DNA of 64,000 bases from Lama glama (taxonomy: Eukaryota). The stretch covers positions 49,974,001 through 50,038,000 of the forward strand of contig CM052816.1 of assembly GCA_028534125.1 (NCBI GenBank), read 5' to 3'. How positions within the stretch are numbered: the stretch's first letter is position 1; every line of letters begins with the position of its first letter. The notes beneath the pieces were generated by a model. It made no database searches. It worked only from the letters and a program-made list of their open reading frames with translations, and was not told the origin of the DNA. Below, in pieces: positions 1 through 12,836 of the stretch. A program made the translations under genes and the position numbers.

Positions 1-289
1 AGCCAACACTGATAGAGGTAAAACTGGGATTTCTACAAAACGTTCTCACTTGTCAAGGTTAAGATAAGCAAACATTCTTCAAGACTATCTTAAAAAGAAC
101 AGATGATACGTGCTAGAATCTGGGGGCTACATCTACCCTTCAGAAACTACTCTCCTTATAATTTGGGGGTACACAAAAACGTCTTGGGGAAAAATGGTTT
201 GCACAATTTGGAATCAGAGTCCAAGGCCATCTTGATGTTTTCAGTAGGTGACTGGTCCCAAGATTCCCCAAGATACTCCTAGTGTGACT

Positions 290-405
290 GACTATGGTTC
301 TAGAATCAGAGAGACTTGTATTCAAATCCTGAGCTTGCCACCTACTAGCTGTGTCTGTTTGGAGAAGTCAGGTAACCTCTTGTGTGCAATAAAATGGGAA
401 GGGAA
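290..405 (+). mobile_element. MIR SINE fragment (probable continuation at about 880-960)
   Basis: gaatcagagagacttgtattcaaatcctgagcttgccacctactagctgtg...aataaaatggg resembles the MIR core. Confidence 0.7.
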
Positions 406-860
406 TATTAGTTAGCATTCTTTTGATTGTAAATGTCAGGAACCCTACTAAACTTGGCATAAGCAAAAAAAAAAAAGTAAAATAAAATAAGTTTTGGTTA
501 ACATAGATTTTGGGCTCTGTTTTCCTCTGGGTTGCTTTCATTTGTAGGAAGATTTTTCCCTATGGGGCAGCAAAGCTGGGCCCTTGCCCTTCCAAGTATA
601 CATTCCCTCAATATTGGAAACTTCGGACAAAATGGCAAGGTATTGCTCCTCCAAAAGCCACATGAATCTCCAACATCAATTCTGGATGGCTTTTCTTGAA
701 TCCTGTTCTTTCTCCTGGGGCAATAATCTTGGCCACCGAGATCAATCTATGTCACATGGAGGTGAAGGCACAGTTACCTTCCTGCACCACTTGAATTACA
801 AGGAGCAGTAGTTTCAAAAGAAAAAGATTAAAGCAATTCAAGAAGTAGCGGACACCCACA
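406..860. mobile_element. Old MaLR LTR (MLT1-like), apparently interrupting the MIR
   Basis: attagttagcattcttttgattgtaaatgtcaggaaccctactaaacttggcataagcaaaaa resembles an MLT1J/K/L terminus; highly diverged. Confidence 0.5.
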
Positions 861-2849
861 ACATGGTCTACTCATCCCTATTTTACAGAGTCACCGTGAC
901 AAATACAAGAGATAACTTCAGCAAATTACCTGACACAATGACTCTCAGTGATTATATTTTAAGAAGCTTACATACATAGGTAAGCCAGTTCAATCCAGGC
1001 ATTTCACCTACTGACTTGAAAGTGAGGTTTTTGCCTTTTGCACAACAATCCCTCAAGTCTCTAATCAGATGCTGCTTCTTTAATTTCTAAGCATATGCTA
1101 AATATGCTCAGTTAAAGCTGGAACTTTCAAAGAAATAATCAAAAGTTATTACTTCCAAAACAAAGTCTGAAAACCTTGGCAATCGAAATACAGATTGCAA
1201 GCAATACAATGAAGCATTAAAAAGTCACATGCTGCCAAAGAACAGAAAATTGGTCCACTTCAAACTGGGGAGGCACCACGGAAGCCGCCAACTTTAACCT
1301 CCACTTGAACTGGCTGAGACAGGGGCCATCAACAGCCAGTGAAGTGACTGCAGACTTGGTGTGTTATAAAAATGCTGTGCGGAGTCCTGAAAATGAAATT
1401 GAGATGTTAAAAACTGTATGTTCTTGCTATTTCAGCAAATATCTTAAGATCGGAAAATTAGAGGCAGTGATATTTTTCTAAGGTCACCTTTAGAACTACA
1501 AGGGTAGTTTATACATCCATTAATCTAACTCTTTAAAATAGTCCTCCTGTTGCTAGTGGTAAGATGATGCTTATCAAGGAGCTGGACCTGAGTATGTGCT
1601 GGATGGCTGTGATATAATGTAAGGGTGAACTGGAATCCATATTTGTTCCCAAAAGAAAGGGTGTGACCGTAAGTTATGTCTTAACTGACTTAAGACTGGG
1701 TTGCCTTATACTGCAACCCCAGGGATTTCTGATGAAAAGACAGTCAGAGCAGAGATTCAGAGGTGCGGAATTAGACCAAGGGAACACTTACTAGATTAGC
1801 TGGCCTGGAAAAGAGAATGCAAAAAAGAGGCTATGGGAAATATGCACAGAGCATTTTAATGAATACTTGAAGAATACCGTTTATAGAAAATTGGATTCTA
1901 ATGTTTCTGTTTATAGATGAAGCAATAAAAATTAGTTTAAAGAGAATTCTATAGATCTTTACAACTCCAAGGTGGCTGTAACTCAATGCTGCTTTCAATA
2001 TATTTTTAAAAAGTCAAAATTACTTTACATCTGTGAACAAAGGGCATCCTCTGTCAGCAACTGCATCATTTTCTGGTCATGCTCTCCCACACTTTTTGCA
2101 AAAGAACAGTCCAAGTACTGAAAATTATGTGAACTGCTTTTTAGGACATGAATTCCATTTATTTAAAAATTTTTCATTTCATGCTGAAATTTAAGCAACG
2201 TGGCCTTTCACATTAGGCAGTTGCTGTCATTATGCTAGTTTTCTTACTGCCACCTACCAACCCTTGTTTTCAAAAGCTGAAAAGGAATCTATCTTAGCTT
2301 AATTGTCAACACACACCATTTTGGAGGCAAGAGAAAGATCATGTCCCCGGACAGCAACAATCACACTATCTTTCTGGGGAAAGGCTTTTCATTAGTTTTG
2401 TTGGATCCCTCACTTGACTACATGTTACTTTTAGCCTTGGAATCTTCTTCAAAGCTTTGTGGATTGTAACAGAAAAGTCTCATGGGTCAGTCCCTGTTCT
2501 CAGATAGTCTAAATCTGGCAGTTTTGCATGTGGTTATACAACAAGGAAATTAATTTTGCTGATTTCCTTTTGTGCATGAAGATATTATTTACCAAAGATA
2601 AATAGCGCCCTAGAGCTCTAAAGGCCCCCAAGAGTTCCCCATGAGTGGAATAAAATTAATAATTAGCTGAAACCCACATTGGCATTCAAGTGAGGAAAAA
2701 ACTAAGTACATATGTTATCAAGAAAAATCCAGTCCCTATTATGTAGGTGGCTATTTTGAATAATAACTTTCAGAATCACTCATGACTCATGGAAAGATAG
2801 GAGGTAAATAGCTTTTATGTAGGTGACATAATCTCCAAATAGCAATCAG

Positions 2850-3950
2850 TAAACTTGATACACTGAGCCCTCCTGTTAACTATGGAAAATACCAATACAC
2901 TCCTTGCCCTCAAGCAGCTTATCATCTAACACTAGATATAAAACATATTAAAACTATACAAAGCAACAAAGCATCATAAAACTCAACATAACAAAAAAAA
3001 TTTGAAAACTCATCGTTGAGTGTAAAAGGCAGCATGTATAATTTCATGTTGAGAGAAGCTTGTGAAAGGGGGTAAAGTTTAAGTTGGACCTTAAGGAAAG
3101 GGTGAGATTTTAACAGAGAGATATACGGAAGATGTCTGGGTAGGGAGAACTGAATAAGCAAAGAGCTACAGGGGAAAAAAGTTATTAAAAGAATAGAGAT
3201 GAGTTAAGTTGGATTAGAATGGAAGGTTAGTGTGAGAAAAGTAGATTAGCTCCAAAGGTATGTAAAAGGTATACTGTGTGAATTCTCCAGTACAATATAA
3301 AGGGATTTAATTCCAAAGGCGAAGGAGATTAACCTTAGAGAAGATGGGTGTCTGCAGGATGAAATGGACAAGGGAGAGGCAGAAAACAGCAGGCACAAAT
3401 AAATCTTTGTGTGGCCCTTTCAGATTTGGAGCCAGCGTGGTATCGGGGGAAGGGAAAGGAAAGGATGGAAACAGGAGATATGGCAAAGGAATGTCTGATT
3501 AGAGGAAAGGATATCAGACTTTCTGCGTCTGGGTGACTGGAAAAGCGCTGATATAGTAGCAAAAATGTGGGCATCAAAGGAATGGTTTGTAAAGGAGAAA
3601 GAGGAGTGGTTTGGTTTTAAAAATGAGTTTTATTACTGATGTCCAGTGAGGAGCCAAGAAGCCAGAACTAGAGAAATACCTTTGGTGTTTGCCTTCATAA
3701 TACATGAAACTGCAAGTGTAAAAAGAAGCCCCCAAGGGAGTGGGTATACGAGAGAAGACTGAATGTTAGGAGTATCTGAGCCTCAGGGTAACAAGTTAAA
3801 GGAGAAGAGGCAGAGTGAAGGCAGAAGCTACATCTAAGAAATGGAGAGGGAGCAGGGAAGAACAGGACAGTGAGCTGGGGCAGAAACCAAGGGCTGAGGG
3901 TGTTTCCAGAAGGGCAGTGCTTATCCCTGGCGCTACATGTCCTCAGGGCA
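2850..3950 (-). mobile_element. L2 LINE remnant
   Basis: Purine-rich decayed tract with motifs typical of antisense L2 (tccttgccctcaagcagctta, gggagaactgaataagcaaag, cccaagggagtgggtatacgagagaag). Confidence 0.6.
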
Positions 3951-6900
3951 CACAGGCATTCTCGGCTCTCCAGTGTGTGCTAACAGTCAGGTACACCACT
4001 CTGAGGGGCCATCTATGTCAGTGTTGGGGGAATATTCATTCGAGAGAGTATGTAGCTGCATGTGGCTGCCAAAATAAAGCCACAATTTCCCTGTCTTTAT
4101 CTATAGTAGCACTAACATTTTGATCTCAATAACTGAGAAGGAAAAGAGGAAAGAAAGAAGGAACGGAGGGAGAGAGAGAGAGGAAGGATAAAATATTAAA
4201 TAACGTAAGATGCAATAGAAAAGTTGAACAGTGTAAGAGTTACCACTTGCCAAAAAAAGAACAAAGTCTTCTGAGAGGGCATCTGGGGGAGAAGAGAGAC
4301 ACGGTATTCTTTCAGGAAAGTTGTTTCAATAGTTAAGGCATCTGCCATCTTCACTATAATAATTCAGAAAGAGAAGAAATCTGAGAACTTCCTATAGCCC
4401 AATACACAATTCAGTTTTGCAGATTTCATTAACTGTTAAGGTGGCCTTTAATCTACATGACAAAATATGCATCCACAGCCCAAAATGTTACATATTATAG
4501 CACTGATTTTGTTTAAGTGAAAATTAAGGAGGTTTTAATCAGTACTTTACAAAAAGTTTTTTTCTTTATTAAATTCGAAGTGCTATAATAACTTGATTGG
4601 CTAAATTTTTGCCCAGTGAAAGCAAACAAACAGCAACAACTTTTAAATTGAATAATCACACTGTTGTGTCTTTAAATATTCACTGAAACAGTTCTCAGGC
4701 TTGGAATAGAGCTGTTTGTGTCTCTCTCCCCCATATGTCCTGTAATAATTAAAACCTCAATTCCACTTTGAGGAACATTTAACACCATCTTTCTCACTTT
4801 CTTTAAATAATAAATGTGGTGGCTAAATCAACCATAGACTCATAAAGCTAAAAGAAATCTCAGGATCATCAAGTCTGAGAATCAGAATAAAGGATATTAC
4901 CTACACCAGTTTAAGCAGAGACATACACGTCAATAGTTTTTAAAATAACTGTAGGCCTTCAGTATCTACTGGCTTTATAATGGGCTACCATGTCAATTAC
5001 CACATGGCCTCCTTCCTACTAGTCCCTTAATAACACAGATTCTATGCTTATAAGGAGACTGAAAGTTTTCCAAAAACACATGTTTAAGTGTTAAATAAAT
5101 GCATTCACACACAAATAAGCAAGCAGGTACACCTGTGCCCGCTAAAATCAGGTTGGGCTGTAACATGCATCCCCAAAGCATAATGCCCTGCCTGAGCATT
5201 TTGCTTTTCTTATATTAAAAACTCCAGGGATGTCAGTGCAGATGATTAGGCAGCTATGATCCCAACCTTCTTTCAACTTTTGTTTCACTTTATAGGGTTT
5301 ACATTTACAAGATTTCATGTTCCAAGATGACTGCTTCTAATTACATTTGCCCAAATAAATGTGGTTTCCAATATTTTATATTATAAATAACCTGTAATAA
5401 GTTCATTTACATATAAAGATTTGTTTATAGCTCCTATTTTTCCTCAGAATTAATTTCTAGTGCCAAGATGTCATTCAGAAAAGATGTAACAAATTACAAG
5501 TTTACCAGCAGCATATAACAGAATCCTTTTTGCCAACACATGCCCCTGACAAAATTGAACATATTGGTCCCTCAATTATTTGACAGGTGAAAATGTTTTT
5601 TGTTAATTTTAATTTATACTTCTTTGGTCTTAAGTGACCTTGAAAAACTTTTGTGAATATTAACTACTCATATTTATTCCATTGCAAATTGTTGATACTC
5701 TGATAATTTGTTTGAAGCTGGAATGAGAAAATTATAGGAAAACACTCTGCATATTATAGAGTGCTCTATAAATACTAGATGCCATTAGTGTCTTACAACA
5801 AGAATGTCTCCTCTTTCTACTTTTAGGACTGTTGTCCAGATCAAGTAAAACACTGTACATGATAATGCTTTGAAAACTTACTATATTTTAAATAAAGAAT
5901 GCATTTGGATATACTCAAAAGTTGCTTAATTTGTTGATTTACTGACCCAGATGAAAGATGGCGGGAAAGGCAGGTGAGAAATCAGTTTTCTCGCTGTCAT
6001 CACTTTATCCACATTGATATGGGTCCAGGTATATAGCAAAAGCAGGTTTTCTTGGTCCCCCTAAGGGGGTGTCCCCCCAAATCACCATTAGCAGGAGGGA
6101 AAACAGATTTGGGGGACAAGACTAAGGTTTCAAGAAGAAATGGGGCTACTTTCTAGACTGGGTTTTAAAACTGACTGACCTCCCCTCTATTCTAAGCAAA
6201 AACAAGATATGACCAGAAATTCCCTTAATATCCCTCTTCTCCCTTCCAAGTTACCTAACTTTACACACATTGTTATTTGCCTTCCTCATTTAGGATAGGA
6301 GATGCTCCTCTATGCATTCTCCGCGGAAGCTCTTTTTTGGCCAAGGCTGCAGCTAATCTGCATGATTTTCTCTCTCAACTTCCAGCTAAAGCTCACTGCA
6401 GACCAGCTAAAAGGCATTCACTTCAAACAAAAACTAAATTCATCAATATTTTTCTGCATTTCAGTGTCCCTTAAGCAAATACATTAAATACTAACATTTT
6501 GCCCAAAGCAAAACATTTTGTGTGTGACAGTAAACATTTGAAATGCATATAAATTCATGTTAACAGGATATGCAGATTTGGGACACAAAGAAGTGATGGC
6601 AACATTATCTTATTCTACCTTACTTATAAATTTTAATATATTCTGATTATGCTGCTCATTTCAAAGTACTACGAACTATGTTTGTTTAAATTATATGTGA
6701 TCTTATCAGAATTTGAATTAATCTATTGGATCTATACTATTATTATTATTATGCATGTTTTTTTTGTGCTACTTGACTTGTCATGGTCGCTGGTTATTTT
6801 GTGGGCTTGGGAAGATATTAATGCAGAAGAAATTAGAGGATAAAAGTCACTTACTAAACAATCACAACATTAAATACACTTCACAGGAAATGAAATGAAT

Positions 6901-9329
6901 AAGTGTTTCCAAAAATGAATATTCTTAAATAAATCATAATTATTTTTCTGGAGATGAATCCAACATAATTTAGCCCTTGGCTCCTGAATGTTATATGTTC
7001 CTGTCTGGGAGCAATGAAATGTATCCTAAATAGCTTTGGAACTAAAGAATGCAGAGCACAGTATCTGTGTGAAGGTTCTTTATGCAGCTGGGAAAAGTAA
7101 GTACAATGATTCAAGTGCCATCTATAGGAAATGTTCAAGTATGGTAAGAAATCTTGCAGAGTTGATTGATAAGTAACTTTCTGGTAATATATTTTTTATG
7201 CAAAGTAAGCTAAGCCTTTAGGTCTTAATGCTGAGATGATTAAAAATTTCTCATGCAAGGCAAACTCTGGACTTTAATTCTGACCTCTCCTGCTGTTCAT
7301 GTTGGCTTTGTCTGTAGATCGTCTCCACTCTGGGTCCAACACAGTGACTGAGTGCGGCAGAACATCTGATGCATTAGTTGCAGTCCTTTCATGCTGAGGA
7401 TGTGTTATGAGTGCTGCCGTTAACAGCTGTGATTGTTGTTTGTAATTAGCTCTATTTTCCTCATAGGTGGTCTCTTGCTGCTGCAGCTTCCAAGCAATCA
7501 TCTGCCATGTACACTTCTTTTAAAGCTGTGATACTCAGCACTGAACCCCCTCCTACGTTATTTGTCTCCATTAGGAAAAACAAAAACAAAAAACTTAATG
7601 ACTGCAAATGTCAGATGTGTATTGCTGAACTGCTGGCATCCCAATATGGGAAATGGAGAATGTTGGTTATTACTTAGATGTTTAAATCAGATCAATGTTT
7701 GATATTAAACCGAGGGAAGGCTAAGGCTAGAATGACAAGTTATATCTTGACTGAAAATTCTGATTGGCAGTGGCTGCCTTTCCTGCCGAAGATCATGAAT
7801 CTATATTTAATCCTGGAAGAAAAGCAGTTAATCATTCATTAGCAGTGTGTATCCTCTGTGCATGGGTAGTGGTTCAAATCTGTTCATTTGGGCTAAGGGA
7901 TTCTAGACATATCTGATGGTCATTGGGAGCATTATATTATCTGTGTAATAAATTACTTTTAAAAGCCATCAGTAAGCAGTAGAATGTATACAGATACAGG
8001 TTTATGCTAACCCTTAAGGTGGGGCATTCAGTAAACATTTGAAATAGATTAAAGAAGAAGCCACACTTGGGAAGTGCACTTAAGCCCTTCAAATATTTTC
8101 CCAAAATCTTTACAAGAAGTTTTATTAATCACAAGGAAATCTTAGCTATCAGTTTTCATTGCTGACATGAATGGTTTCTGAAATATATGACTAAAAAGAG
8201 TCATATGAGAAAAAGAAAAAGAGTATATGAGACTAAATAAAGAAGGCATAAAAATTCAACCAACCCCAACTGGGAATCACTTGAGATTTCTAGTTCCAGT
8301 AGCCTGGGGCCATTCCGTTTCAAGGATAACTTTGTTTTTTGACCCCAGTAAATACTGGCTGACCCTTCCATCAGAATACTGTTGCACTGGCTCTGGTTGA
8401 ACCTTTTAGTAAGATATCCGTCGCAGGGGCTGAGGACAGAGAGATGGATGTTTCAGAAGTAACGAAAATGGACTATATCCTGTTTGCTAACAGACGATTG
8501 TATATGAGGCAGAACTGGGGTCGAGGTTAAGACTTGCTTTCATCATAAAATATCACCTGCTAACATGAACGTGTGAAGGGAACACGCAGTCCCAGATATA
8601 TCCCTGTTCACGTGGGGCGACGTTGTTGGCTAGCCAAACTGGCTTAGATTAATTCTCAAAAGGAGTTACTCTTTTGTTTGAGATGGTTTACCCCATCTCC
8701 CTGCTTCTCTGATCCTTTTCCTCCGATACATTTTATATGCAATGTTTTGCTGAAAATTATCCTCTCCTCTACCATCCTTCTCTGTACTTGTTTCTTGCTA
8801 CTCTTCATCCATAGCATTTAATAAGGCATCTTAACGTAAGTTTCAAATGGAGTATTGACAAATTCTCTTAAAGGTTTAAACTCACAGAATGTATAGTTAT
8901 TGAAGCTGCATTAAGTCTTTCAATGTTGAAGGCACAGCCATTATTCTGTGCAGGCTAAAAGGCCAATCATTTGCCATTTGTCAGGTATCTTAGCCACTTG
9001 AGAAGAACAAAATACAACATGGGTTCTAGGGCAGTTTTGAAAAACCAGCCAGGGGCCACTGCCAATGGCAGGGCACTGCTGGTCACCCTAATGAAACGGC
9101 AGCTTCTCTTCAGTCTTGTTAGTTAGCACACCAACAGCATTGCTGGCAACAGAATAGCATTTCAGACATTTTACTTTATTCGTATGATATAAGACACTAT
9201 GAATTTCACATTTAATTTTCTAGCTTTGCCTATGGAAGACATTATTTGCTGTTGGGTAATTCTCTGTGGTATCTTTATTTCCCCAGCCTTCATTTTATCT
9301 TAATGACAGGTTAACAAATAAAGAGCCTC

Positions 9330-9620
9330 TGATTCAAGAGGGCCAGTCCAGTGTAATGACACAGTAGCTGATATCAGACTAACCCTCCCACAGAAAACAA
9401 TTAAAATTTTGGGCAAATTATAAATAAAAAACTATTTGAAAGCAATGGAGAGGGACCAAAACAGGCAGAAAACTGAAAAAGGTACTGCACTGAAAAATAT
9501 CCATATTTAAATGGATTTTCCTTTAAAGGAAATTCTCAGCAGCACATGACAACCAGGTAGAACCAGGCAGAAAGCTAGTCTTAGGATGATGTGTCGCAGG
9601 ACAGAGTTCAATTAAAATTA
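9330..9620 (+). mobile_element. Old L1M 5'-region fragment
   Basis: atcagactaaccctcccacagaaaacaattaaaa...aaaactatttgaaagcaatggagagggacc resembles ancient L1M 5' ends. Confidence 0.45.
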
Positions 9621-11049
9621 AACTATTTTATGTAAATGTTAAGAAAATTGAAAGTATTTATGTTTGTCATATTAATTGGAAACATTTACTCTGCAGAAAG
9701 ATGATCTCATTTTGGCCATGTCTTTCCTTTTGGACAACTGAAGTATTTAAGAAGAATACTGAACATATTTAATTTATAAATTCAGCTAAATATATTTGAA
9801 GGTGTTTATTCATTAACTAAGTTTGAAGCAATGGTGAAAAGTTGCTAGACTTAAGAATTACAATAGTAGGATCTGTAAACTAAAAATAAGAATTTACCTT
9901 AAGGAAATACTAAGTTTTTGAACTTGTGACTTTAATAAATCAAATTTAGTTACTGGAACTGAAAATTAACCTCTGAGTAGTTTATCTATGCCAAAAAAAA
10001 CAAACAAACAGAAGAAGAAGAATCCTTAAAGATATTACAGGCCTTAGAGTCAGAGACAAGAGCATGACTAATACAGAGGGTGCAGGATGGGAGGTCAAAG
10101 TTCAAGCAAACGGTAAGATGGGGGATCTAAAGAAGCTGAGGAGCCAGAGCGAAGACTGCAGGAAGAGACCAAAGACAGCAAAAACAGGAAGGATCTTTGT
10201 CACCCTTTGTTTTAGCCAGGAAATATATACATCTATTAGATACAGATACTTTAAAACAAACAAACAAACAAAAAAAACAGGGCAGTAGCCAGCCATTCTT
10301 CCTTTTCATGAAGCCAGAACACATGAGTTGCTGCACTCAGCCAGCTGCAAGGGAAGCTAAGGGCCACAAGGAAACACTGCACCAGAGTAAACTGATGAAA
10401 CCCTACGATCCACCATTATTCATTCTTAGAAACCAGCTATTTCCATTCGACAGCAGAGTGTTAACCAGAGCTTGGACATGAAATGTACTGCAAAATGATA
10501 AAGCAAATAATACCAATGAGGAGATGTATGCAAACTATTAGATTACTCCTTCCCTGAAATACCAAGACTCCCAGAGCCAATTTAATTGCACTTCTGCCGA
10601 CTGTGTCATCCCCGGTGAGCAGAACTACTTTTCCTTTACCATGTGATTCCCTACTTCACTTTTTTAGTCTTAATGTTCCCACATACAGCCTCATCCACAA
10701 GAACCTATCACAGTTAGGTACTTGATTATTTTAAAAATCCACCTTAATTTAATTATTTTAAATAATACATATAATTGGACAAGAGAGGCCTACCTTAAAT
10801 TGTTTCCATCTCAATCTTGAAATATATTTTCTTTATATTGAAATTTTTTCTCCAAGGTATATTAGAATTTTCTCATGAACTATGATAGAAACATACTGAA
10901 GACTGATTTTGATTTACTCTTTCCGATTAACTCGTACCACTTGGTAATGCTGGATGTTCAAAAACACTGTTGCTGAAGCCAGAACACACGAGTTGAAGTA
11001 ATGATGTTTTTGCCTATTCAGCGACATGTGTCTTCAAGCAGGCAGGCGT

Positions 11050-11112
11050 GCAGTCACTGAGTTGGGGCTCCAACATACAAATTTGGGGGGGGGGCACAAT
11101 TCAGTCCATAAC
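11050..11112 (-). mobile_element. MaLR (MLT1A/B-like) LTR terminal fragment
   Basis: caacatacaaatttggggggggggcacaattcagtccataaca is the characteristic MLT1 end. Confidence 0.65.
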
Positions 11113-12110
11113 AACATATAATCCAGATGTTTAGCATTTTTAACCAATGTCACCACAAAATTCCTCCCTCCTAATTAGCCCACATTCCTGTAGCCGCATT
11201 AGTCACTGGAAGAACAATTTAATAGCACTCTGAAAAAATAAATTCCTAAATCCTGATCTCCTTTAAAAATAGCATTTTCAGGTAGAACCAACTTACCATA
11301 ATCATAACTCTGCTCTTATATTTGCTTATATCCTACCGAAGCGCTTCTTACAGGAGAGGGAGCTGGACTGAGGCGGGGCCACAGCCGGTAGATTGTTACA
11401 TAATAATTAGAATTCTCAGGAAGCTTTCTCAAAATATACCCGTCTTTCCCACTAACCTTTCCAACTGTGAAACTCTGTACGTGGCTATCTGCAGGCACTG
11501 TTAAAAGATCTTCCCAGATTTCTCTCATGCCTTCACTCTCCTTTCAGAAAATTATACGACAAATACTTTCCTGACAGACCTGCCAGCTTGCCAGAGCACA
11601 TCACCCTCCTCTTCTCCGTGGAGAATAACAAGCATGGTTATTTAGAGTTTTCTAGCAATTGAACCAGATTCCTCTTTTTCCTCCAAGTCTACTGAACCAA
11701 GTTATTTTGCGGAAAGTTTTTCGAGAACAAGTAAGATGGTATCTGATATACTGATGCCATTTAATTTTATAATTACTTCTAAAAAATAACTACCTTACTC
11801 CATCTAGTAGTTGTAGCTAGTTTTCCACTACTGTTATAAGGTCTCTTTGTTCCTTTTCAAAGCACATTAAGTTAAAAAAAAGAAAAGAAAAATAAAAGCA
11901 CATTAAGGGTGTGTAATTCTAGAAAAGCAATCTGAATGAAAAGTGCACTGGCCATGTTAACAAGTCAAAATTATAATGATGCAAAAAGAACAGCAAAAGG
12001 GGAAAAAAATGTTGGCTGGGACTTGGAGAGGAAATTATGTACTGTTCAATATAATAAATAAGTTATAAAGTTAACTTTGAAAAATAGATACACTAGTTTA
12101 TGTATAAAGT

Positions 12111-12306
12111 CAGTGGAGCTAGCTGTTATTGATTTCTAAAACCTGATATTAAAATTTCAGGAACTTGACTAGCCAGTTGTTAAATCTTTGGCAGCTTGAA
12201 ATTGATGAATGTGGAAGTATTTACACCACAAAAATCAGCAAATTCTACAAATCAGGACCTTTTCCCAAAAGAGCTAGTGCTTCAACGTTTACCAGCAAAC
12301 CACCAC
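12111..12306. mobile_element. MER63-like hAT (Blackjack) non-autonomous DNA transposon
   Basis: aaaatttcaggaac...gccagttgttaaa...gcagcttgaaat...agtatttacaccac...ctacaaatcagg...tttaccagcaaaccac matches the recalled MER63A consensus. Confidence 0.7.
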
Positions 12307-12654
12307 AGTATTCAGTGCCATTTACTTAGCCACATTTATCACTTTAATTATAAGCAGGCCACATGTGAATATCAGACTTCTTTCCTTTCCTCTTCATCTA
12401 TCGACTCCCAGTTCATCCATACCAAACTTTTTTTTTTTTAAAAGGAGGAAAAACCTAAGTGAGAAGCACATTGGCTCGGCAGGAGTACTCTTATTTTGAA
12501 GTAGCAACATATCTCTGCAGTCCTCCCACAAAGAGATAGGTGCACCCTATGGGATTTCTCTATCTTAAAGTCTACGTCTGTAGCTGCTCTGTGTAAACCA
12601 ACTCCTACATGGTTGTCTGTGAATATTGTGTACAGCACGTTGTATTCTGTAAGT

Positions 12655-12836
12655 CAGTGATTCTTAAATGGTAACAGACCTAGGAATTATTCGGGGTCAT
12701 TCAAAAATAGATTCTTGAGACTCACAGAGAAATCTATGCCGCAAAGCCAGGGTAGGATCTAGGAATCAGACATTTAAAGAATCCCAGGAGACTGTGCTGC
12801 TCCCAGGCGTCCTCAGCCTACACCGATGAAGCATTG
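12655..12836. mobile_element. MER5A-like hAT-Charlie MITE
   Basis: cagtgattcttaaa...aaaaatagattcttgag...ctaggaatcagacatttaa...cccaggaga...gaagcattg. Confidence 0.65.

Noticed and set aside
2602..2620. Possible CTCF site (tagcgccctagag)
   Set aside because: The core is two bases short of the consensus spacing.
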